17,211 bases of DNA from Promethearchaeota archaeon (GTDB lineage: Archaea > Asgardarchaeota > Lokiarchaeia > Sigyniarchaeales > SOKP01): the NCBI GenBank assembly GCA_016840085.1, contig JAEOTA010000026.1:1-17211 (forward strand), written 5' to 3'. The translations under genes and the position numbers were made by a program. How positions within the stretch are numbered: position 1 is the first letter of the stretch; every line of letters begins with the position of its first letter. The notes beneath the pieces are model-generated. The model saw only the letters and a list, made by a program, of their open reading frames with translations. It made no database searches and had not been told where the DNA came from. Of this stretch, positions 7,308 through 14,319 are shown one piece after another.

Positions 7308-9179
7308 TTAACTTCCGCGAGTTTGTAAAAAATCTAATATATAACGTTGGGCTATTAGATCTGAACTGACCTTACCTAAAACTTTTCCTTCTTCCACTAC
7401 TGGCATAGCTGAAATTTGAAACTGCTCTAATTCACGTACAATATCTAACACAGTTAAATTTGGAGAGGCTGTAATAACATTTTTAGTCATTATTTTATCA
7501 AGTTTAACATTAATTATTCCCTCAGCAGTAGCTTTAGTAATATCCCAATCAGTAACAACTCCTACTAATTTACCTTCAGAAAGTACAGCAATTATGCCAC
7601 TGTTTTCATTGATTATTAATGCCGCAGCTTCTTGAATATTTTTATTAACATCAATAGTAGGTATTGGAATCATAATATCTTGTGCTGTCCTTTCACTCTC
7701 TTTAGAAGTAAGGCGTAGGAGACTGATTCGTTCAGCTGCTACGCATGGTAACATATCTGGGTTTGTAGCTAATAAATCCACCAATTCAATCATATTATGA
7801 TGTATCACATCTTCTCTATATTCTTCACCTGCATTTAAGCGTTTTTTAGAAAGTTCAGCAAATTCATTAGAATTGTCTTTTAACCATTTTTCTACAGCAT
7901 CCTGATTTCCAAGCATTTCTTCAGGAATTTGCAAATTATCTGGAGTCTTAATTATATGTTCCTGAGCAGCAAAAATTACACCACCAGAATTTACTAAGTA
8001 ATCATTTGCGATCATCACTTTCTTATCTCGATATACAATTTGTTCCATTCGAGTACGGGCAGCTTTTCTATTTGGATCAGGAGAGTAGGTATTAGCACCT
8101 TCCACGATTACACTCCATTTTCCCATTCTTTCTACTAACATCGATGGGCTTTCTGAGGGATATACTCCAAGATAATTAAATATTGGAGCAGCAGGTATAA
8201 AACAAAATGCATTTTCAAGAAGTAAATTATTAGCATTTGTAGAAAATTTAGTAGGATGTTTATAACCCTTTTTCATGATTTTATTTTTAAAATAAATATT
8301 GGTAACTAGCTTTACTTTTTTCCATAGTTTATAAAGCTCATCAACAGGAAGACTTGATTTATTATATAAATAACCTTCTAAATCGCTAATACCAATTACT
8401 TTAGCTTCAGGAATTCTTTCTTTTAATATACGCGCTGCATGGGCACCAACTGCTCCAAAACCCTGAATTAGAACTGTAAGATCTTTAGATTCTGGTATTT
8501 CTAAATTAGCGAATTGCGGCAATACTCTCATTCTGGGTAAAATTTCTAGTAAGGTTTGCAGAGCAATAACCACACCCCCACCAGCAGCACCGAGTTCATC
8601 TATTCGATTTCCTCCCATTTCTAAAGGCTTAGATACGGCACAATCTATACCATTTTCTATAGCGATAATCTTCATATCAGCATCGTTAGTTCCAACATCA
8701 GGTCCTGGAATATAAATATCTTTATATCGATAAATTAACCTAGCAAAACACCGAACTATTTCTTTATGCTTCTCAACAGTTATTTCTCTCTCAGCTACAA
8801 TTCCTGCTTTACCCCCCCCATAAGGTAAATTTGCTGCTGCATTTTTTAGAGTCATACCTCTAGCTAAGTTATAAATATCTGAAGGTGTTATATCTGGTAA
8901 CATTCTAATTCCTCCCATGGATGGTTTACCCATAGATAAATTATCTACTACAAGATACCCCCCAATTTCTATTGGTGATTCTTCATTCCACATACAAACA
9001 ACAAGATCAGGACCAAGTTTATCAACCACAATCCCAATACGTGATAATAGAACTTCATCTGTGTGACTAAATTCTAAATAACAATTTCCTTTATTTTTTT
9101 TAAGTCGAGTTTTAAGAATGGCTTCTGAAAGATGCTTTTGAAGAAATATTTCCATTTTTCTCGGTATCATAATTATCAA
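7308..9179 (-). CDS. Glu/Leu/Phe/Val-family amino-acid dehydrogenase fused to a C-terminal CBS pair (ATG 9170 is an alternative start)
   Basis: GGIRM, MTLKNAAANLPYGGGKAGI, GPDVGT, QGFGAVG, VEGAN and DYLVNSGGV; CBS repeats (AQDIM...GKLVGVVTDWDI; IMTKNVIT...AMPVVEEGKVLGKVSSDLI). Confidence 0.9.
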   Translation of the reverse strand: MIIMIPRKMEIFLQKHLSEAILKTRLKKNKGNCYLEFSHTDEVLLSRIGIVVDKLGPDLVVCMWNEESPIEIGGYLVVDNLSMGKPSMGGIRMLPDITPSDIYNLARGMTLKNAAANLPYGGGKAGIVAEREITVEKHKEIVRCFARLIYRYKDIYIPGPDVGTNDADMKIIAIENGIDCAVSKPLEMGGNRIDELGAAGGGVVIALQTLLEILPRMRVLPQFANLEIPESKDLTVLIQGFGAVGAHAARILKERIPEAKVIGISDLEGYLYNKSSLPVDELYKLWKKVKLVTNIYFKNKIMKKGYKHPTKFSTNANNLLLENAFCFIPAAPIFNYLGVYPSESPSMLVERMGKWSVIVEGANTYSPDPNRKAARTRMEQIVYRDKKVMIANDYLVNSGGVIFAAQEHIIKTPDNLQIPEEMLGNQDAVEKWLKDNSNEFAELSKKRLNAGEEYREDVIHHNMIELVDLLATNPDMLPCVAAERISLLRLTSKESERTAQDIMIPIPTIDVNKNIQEAAALIINENSGIIAVLSEGKLVGVVTDWDITKATAEGIINVKLDKIMTKNVITASPNLTVLDIVRELEQFQISAMPVVEEGKVLGKVSSDLIAQRYILDFLQTRGS

Positions 9180-9420
9180 CTTTTAATGGTATTTTAAACA
9201 TTAAAAAGATAAAGATTACGGTTTACTTAAATATCTCTTATAGAATATCTTATAAATTACATTATCTATTCTATTATGCTTACTTATATGAGTTTTTCTG
9301 TTTTAAATGTTTGATCTAGAATTTTTAAATTTAAAAAAAATTCTAATTTGAACTAATATTACTTGGATTTATTACAAAAAAAATTATACAAATTTCATCA
9401 TTAAAATGAAGGTGTAAAGT

Positions 9421-9708
9421 ATGACAATATCAATAATCGCGACCGTCCGAGTTAAAGAAGGCAAAATGGGAGAAGCAAAAGAAGTTCTAAAGAAAATAGT
9501 TCCTAAAATAAAAGAATCTGAGCCAGGTACTTTAGAGTATATTCCACACACAGTAAAAGAAGATCCAAATGCTATTATGTTCTATGAAAAATATGTTGAT
9601 GCCGATGCCATGAAAGCACATTCGAAAAATTTGGGCAAAAATATGGCAGAATTTGGACCATTTTTAGAACCTGGAATGGATATAAAAAATCTTGAAGAAA
9701 TTCTATAA
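9421..9708 (+). CDS. Antibiotic biosynthesis monooxygenase (ABM)/putative quinol monooxygenase family protein
   Basis: 95 aa; IIATVRVKEGK...SEPGTLEY...FYEKYVD.DA..AH pattern; SD-like GAAGGTG 5 nt before the ATG. Confidence 0.88.
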   Translation: MTISIIATVRVKEGKMGEAKEVLKKIVPKIKESEPGTLEYIPHTVKEDPNAIMFYEKYVDADAMKAHSKNLGKNMAEFGPFLEPGMDIKNLEEIL

Positions 9709-9717
9709 ATCAAATCT

Positions 9718-9726
9718 CTTTTTTTT
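9718..9726 (+). terminator. Oligo-T terminator after the ABM gene
   Basis: C followed by T8 about 10 nt after the stop, in a 20-nt convergent gap. Confidence 0.45.
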
Positions 9727-9728
9727 AA

Positions 9729-11300
9729 TTATTCATCTTGAATATAAGGTTTACCTGAATGTAAGGAGAATTCTGCTTTATTTAATTCTCGACCTAAATA
9801 GTTTAAATGATAAATATCCTTAGTTAAACTTAATTTAATTATTTTTTTACTTAGAGCTTCAGCATTATCTCCGATAAAAGTATTTTTAAGCTCATTGTCA
9901 TTCGAAAAAAATAAGACATAAATTTTTTTAGAATAGTGATTAACATATATTCTAAAATACCCTTTCTTGTCTGGAATGTAAGCAATATTTTGTGTATTTA
10001 CTTGTATTGCGCTTTTTTTATCAATTTTGGGTACATCTTGACTTGTTTTGCCTTTTGCTTTAAAGAGTGATATTCCTTGATTTATAGGGGGCGTTCTATT
10101 ATGTTTTGATATATAATTTAATTTAATACATTCATGTAATTCTGAAACTCCACCCAATAATTTTGTACTATGTTCGACTGTGAATAAAATACCCATATCT
10201 AATTCAATTGCTATACTTGCTAACAATCCATTAATCCCAACAGAGTCTACGTCCATAAGCTCAACTACGTTTGAAACTCCAAAAAATAAAGGCAGCTCTA
10301 AATTTAAATTTTCAGTTTGGGATACGGTTTTTCCATATAAAAAATAAGTTTGTAAAGAATTACAAATTCCAGGTGATATAGGTGTTTCTAATAGAGGATC
10401 AGCGATTAATTTTGTAAAGCCATGCTTTTGCATTTCCTTAGTTAAAGTAAGTAGATTTTTAACCCTAGAACCTGGATCTTTTGGAAAAACTCCTTTATTC
10501 ACTTTTGTAGGTAATAATACAATTGGAATATCTTTCGGGATATTTAAAAATTCATGATAATTTCCTAGGTCAAAACTCAAAATCAAATCAATATCTTTTT
10601 TTATAGCTGCGAAAATCTCATCTTTTTGCATTGAATCAATACTAATTAATACATTAAAATTGTTTCGAATGAGGTCAATTACTTCTTTAACTCTTTTCGA
10701 GTCGGGTTTATTTGCTATACAACCAATATCAATTATATCTGCTCCCGAATGACTATAATGAGATACTTTTTTAATGATATCTTGATCAGATTTTTTGGTA
10801 CAATTAACTATTTCTGCTATTATTGGTGGTGCTATTCCGCGACCAACCATTATAGCTGAGGATTTTTCATTAAGATAAAAAGTGTGCTGGCAAAGGTTTT
10901 TCTTTGCTATTTCAGTGTTTTTTATTAAAACTTCCTTATACAATTCGTCTCCAGATACTTCCATTAATTTATTAGCTGGAATTGTATTAGATAATTCAAT
11001 TTTATGTAAATTTTCCAAAATAATAGGAATATCTGATGCAAATTCAGGACCTTTTTTAAGATTTACAGAAAATTGTTTTTCTAGCTCTGTTGTATCCCAT
11101 TGAACGAAACCAGGGATTAAAATTAAAGTATATTTTGATAAATTTAAAGATTTTAAGATTTCTTTTGTTATATTTTTAGTGAGAAATGCTGAAATCGATA
11201 CTGGTGCTTTATATACTTCTATATTATGTTCTATAATAGATTTAACAATTTTAGATACTGAAGTATAACTTTGTTGACCAGTTATGATGAGAATATTAAT
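9729..11300 (-). CDS. Dihydropteroate synthase-like protein (archaeal methanopterin-associated family, C-terminal DUF4346-like domain); start extended from the ORF-track 11018 to ATT 11300
   Basis: IIAEIV, GADIIDIG, ISIDS, IADPLL, FGVSNVVELMDVDSVGINGLLA; C-terminal DKKGYFRI...H.NYLGRELNKAE...GKPYIQD. The upstream frame reads INILIITGQ...LILIPG...KGPEFASDIP, matching the family N-terminal domain. Confidence 0.85.
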   Translation of the reverse strand: MNILIITGQQSYTSVSKIVKSIIEHNIEVYKAPVSISAFLTKNITKEILKSLNLSKYTLILIPGFVQWDTTELEKQFSVNLKKGPEFASDIPIILENLHKIELSNTIPANKLMEVSGDELYKEVLIKNTEIAKKNLCQHTFYLNEKSSAIMVGRGIAPPIIAEIVNCTKKSDQDIIKKVSHYSHSGADIIDIGCIANKPDSKRVKEVIDLIRNNFNVLISIDSMQKDEIFAAIKKDIDLILSFDLGNYHEFLNIPKDIPIVLLPTKVNKGVFPKDPGSRVKNLLTLTKEMQKHGFTKLIADPLLETPISPGICNSLQTYFLYGKTVSQTENLNLELPLFFGVSNVVELMDVDSVGINGLLASIAIELDMGILFTVEHSTKLLGGVSELHECIKLNYISKHNRTPPINQGISLFKAKGKTSQDVPKIDKKSAIQVNTQNIAYIPDKKGYFRIYVNHYSKKIYVLFFSNDNELKNTFIGDNAEALSKKIIKLSLTKDIYHLNYLGRELNKAEFSLHSGKPYIQDE

Positions 11301-12387
11301 TTAAATCACTTATCAACTTATCTTTTTCAAATGGAATAAAAATATCGTCCAAAATAGAGCCGGTAGCATCTTTTATTTTTAAATTGTTGACGATAGATTC
11401 AAATTTGCCCCCAAGAATGCCATTAGCTATGAAGGCAGCCCCTTGAGCAGCACGTTTTGCTATTTGACTATATGATTTCATTATTCTGACTGGAGCAACA
11501 TCAGATAAACCCTTAATCATTTTATCTTTTAAATATTTTAGATTAGCACCTCTTCCAGCCAATAATACTTCATTAATTTTATTTTTGCTAGAAAAGGAGG
11601 ATGAAATCCCAAAAACCGCCTTTTTCACACTTGATAAATAAGCCTTTAGGGCAATTTTTGTTTGTTCATCTTTCTCAGCCAAAAGAGTTATTTCATTTAG
11701 ACTCAAATCAGAATATCCTGAAATAAAAGCGACACCACCTCTATATATGTTTTTCTTATGGATAGTTTTGATAAGATAAGCAAGTTCTCCATCAAGAGAA
11801 CCACTTGCTCTGAAACCTAGAATATTTGAACCACCTATACCATCTATAACTTGACCATTTTCAATTGCTAATACAGCAGTGAATCCATAACCTATTTCAA
11901 CCATTATAAAGTTTGTCTCTTTAGGAGAAACACCAAATCTTTCTATTTGATCTCTAATTCCAGTTACAGTCGTACATATTTTATCGGCAGTACCCATGTC
12001 AATTTTGTTAATTTTTCGATATCTTGGAACCGTAGGTAAATGTTTAACACCGGGAACTATTATTCCGGGTATTTTTTGAGCTTTAATCAATCTTAACACT
12101 TTACCTAGACCTAAAAGTTTATTTTTTTCATGCTGTTCAAATTTCAGTAATGTGAAGAATATATCTTTTTCAGTTAAATCTTTCACTTCTTTTAATGGTA
12201 ATCCAAATCCACTTGGTGCAACCATTAAATCAATATTTTTAACAGATTTTATTATTGTTATTGCCTTTTGGGGATTCTGAATTAATTCTTTAGTAGGAAG
12301 CGACGTATCTAAAATTATTTGCTCATTATCTAATCCAAAAAAATCCCACGATTTACTGCCAGGGTCGATTCCAATTACTCTTACCAA
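11296..12387 (-). CDS. DUF1464 family protein (ASKHA/butyrate-kinase-like fold)
   Basis: RVIGIDPGSKSWD, APSGFGLP, PGVKHLPTVP.YRKINKIDMGTADK, VEIGYGF, IDGIGG, LDGELAY and AAQGAA.IANG. Confidence 0.85.
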   Translation of the reverse strand: MVRVIGIDPGSKSWDFFGLDNEQIILDTSLPTKELIQNPQKAITIIKSVKNIDLMVAPSGFGLPLKEVKDLTEKDIFFTLLKFEQHEKNKLLGLGKVLRLIKAQKIPGIIVPGVKHLPTVPRYRKINKIDMGTADKICTTVTGIRDQIERFGVSPKETNFIMVEIGYGFTAVLAIENGQVIDGIGGSNILGFRASGSLDGELAYLIKTIHKKNIYRGGVAFISGYSDLSLNEITLLAEKDEQTKIALKAYLSSVKKAVFGISSSFSSKNKINEVLLAGRGANLKYLKDKMIKGLSDVAPVRIMKSYSQIAKRAAQGAAFIANGILGGKFESIVNNLKIKDATGSILDDIFIPFEKDKLISDLN

Positions 12388-12581
12388 AAGAAACTCAAAT
12401 TTAAATTGAACTTATTTATAAGTAGTCATATTTTTTATTTATTTTAATAGTTCGCTTAGATTTAATAAGAATCTATTTATACTTTTTAGGCAGTTTTTTT
12501 AAATTAAACCAAAGATTTTAAGTAAAAAACATGAATTATTATTAAATTTTTAAAGATAAATTAAAATAATAGTAAATTTGG

Positions 12582-13124
12582 GTGAGAAACATTACCATAG
12601 TAAAAGTTTTTGTTTGTAAAATTTGTGGAGAAGCATATATTGGAGAGAAAGAACCTTCACGCTGTCCATTTTGCGGAGCGTATAAAAAATTTTTTGTAGA
12701 ATCAACAAAATACGATGATTCAGGAGCTTGGGATGTTGAATTAAATGAAAAAGATAGAATTAATGTCGAAAAAGCCTTGGAAGTAGAAATTTCGAATAAT
12801 ATATTTTATAAATGTGCAAGTAAGAAGACGCCTGAATTAGATGGTCAAAAAATTTTTAAAATTCTTGCTAAAGTTGAAAGTGAACACGCATCTGTTTGGA
12901 AGAAAATCCTTAAACTCGATAAAATAGATTTCCCTAAATATGACAAATGCGCCGCAGAATATACACCAAACCTTGAAGAATCTCATGCAAGGGAAGATAG
13001 GGCAATAAAATTCTATGGACAAGCTGCTGCTGAAGCTGAAAATCCACGTGTAAAGGAAATTTTTGAAGCTTTTGTAGAAGTAGAAACAGATCATCTTCAT
13101 TTGTCAGAAAAAAGATTGAAATAA
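12582..13124 (+). CDS. Reverse rubrerythrin (N-terminal rubredoxin-like domain plus ferritin-like di-iron domain)
   Basis: FVCKICGE...PSRCPFCGA, then ALEVE, ESEH, RE..AIKFY and ETDH di-iron ligands. The start is uncertain (GTG 12582 versus ATT 12591). Confidence 0.9.
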   Translation: MRNITIVKVFVCKICGEAYIGEKEPSRCPFCGAYKKFFVESTKYDDSGAWDVELNEKDRINVEKALEVEISNNIFYKCASKKTPELDGQKIFKILAKVESEHASVWKKILKLDKIDFPKYDKCAAEYTPNLEESHAREDRAIKFYGQAAAEAENPRVKEIFEAFVEVETDHLHLSEKRLK

Positions 13125-13136
13125 ACATCTAATTAA

Positions 13137-13147
13137 TTTTTTTTTTT
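13137..13147 (+). terminator. Oligo-T terminator after rubrerythrin
   Basis: T11 run 12 nt after the stop codon. Confidence 0.55.
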
Positions 13148-13277
13148 ATTTTCTTTAAAAGGGATTTTTTATAATCGATTAGAGAAGAACTTCAAGATGA
13201 TATAATATTTTGAGAATTTTACAGAATGTAAATTTTATTTTCTTTTGTGAATTTTTTTTATTTGGTGAATACTTGTA

Positions 13278-14246
13278 TTGATTGATTCAGTTCAAGGATA
13301 TATTTTTGAAATACAAAAGATGTCAACTGAAGATGGTCCTGGTATTAGAACAACAGTATTTTTTAAACAATGCCCTTTAAGATGTATATGGTGTCATAAT
13401 CCAGAATCACTTTTAAAAGAACCACAATTAGAATGGCTTAAACATAAATGTATTGGATGTAAAACATGTATAGAAACTTGTGAAAAAAATGCATTATTGT
13501 TTAATGAGGAAGGATTACAAATTGACAGAAAAAAATGCATAAGTTGTGGAAGATGTGTAGAAGAATGTCCTAGTACAGCATTGCATATGTTTGGTGAATA
13601 TTGGGATTTAGATAATTTATTTCATGAGATAGAAAAAGATAAAGTTTATTATTCTGAATCTAATGGTGGTATTACTATATCTGGTGGAGAACCAACCGTT
13701 CAGTCTGATTTCATTTTACAATTCTTGAAAAAATGTAAGGATAATGGCATTTCAACAGCGTTAGATACCTGTGGATACGCATCCAGGAAAATATATGAGA
13801 GTTTATTACCATATGTTGATTTAATTCTTTTAGATATTAAAGAAATTGATAAAAAAAAACATAAAGACTATACAGGAGTTACAAATGATGTAATCTTGGA
13901 AAATGCTATTTGGATTTCTAAATATGTTCAAGAAAACAACAAAAAAATTTGGATAAGAACACCAATTATTCCAAAATACACGGGGACAGATGAAAATATT
14001 AAAGGTATTGGTGAATTTATAGTTAATAAATTAAAAAATATTCCTGAACGCTGGGATCTTCTTTCTTTTAATCGGTTGTGTACTGAAAAGTATTCCAGAT
14101 TAGATATAGATTGGATTCTTAAAGATGAACCACTAATGACAAAAGAAGAGATGGAATATTTTTTTGAAATTGCTAAAAGTACAGGTGTTAAATTTGTGCA
14201 GTGGTCTGGTTTAACTAGAAAAAAAGAATCGCAAGATGGTGATTAG
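13278..14246 (+). CDS. Glycyl-radical enzyme activating protein (radical SAM with 2x[4Fe-4S] ferredoxin insert)
   Basis: EDGPGIRTTVFFKQCPLRCIWCHNPES, CIGCKTCIETC, CISCGRCVEECP, GGITISGGEP and DTCG; SD-like GGTGA upstream. Confidence 0.93.
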   Translation: MIDSVQGYIFEIQKMSTEDGPGIRTTVFFKQCPLRCIWCHNPESLLKEPQLEWLKHKCIGCKTCIETCEKNALLFNEEGLQIDRKKCISCGRCVEECPSTALHMFGEYWDLDNLFHEIEKDKVYYSESNGGITISGGEPTVQSDFILQFLKKCKDNGISTALDTCGYASRKIYESLLPYVDLILLDIKEIDKKKHKDYTGVTNDVILENAIWISKYVQENNKKIWIRTPIIPKYTGTDENIKGIGEFIVNKLKNIPERWDLLSFNRLCTEKYSRLDIDWILKDEPLMTKEEMEYFFEIAKSTGVKFVQWSGLTRKKESQDGD

Positions 14247-14267
14247 AAGAAATCTAAAAAATAAAAA

Positions 14268-14275
14268 TTTTTTTT
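14268..14275 (+). terminator. Oligo-T terminator after the activase gene
   Basis: T8 run about 21 nt after the stop, in a convergent gap. Confidence 0.4.
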
Positions 14276-14319
14276 CATGTTAAACTTGACAACTCTCTCA
14301 CAGTTAGATTAAAATAGTT

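Noticed and set aside
10882-11103. 73-aa plus-strand ORF apparently filling a gap
   Set aside because: The gap is really the extended N-terminus of the DHPS-like gene on the minus strand.
2751-11300. Pseudogene or frameshift explanation for the short mptA and DHPS-like ORF calls
   Set aside because: The missing N-termini are intact and in frame; only a canonical start codon is lacking.
12837-13128. Two antisense ORFs
   Set aside because: Fully opposite the well-supported rubrerythrin.
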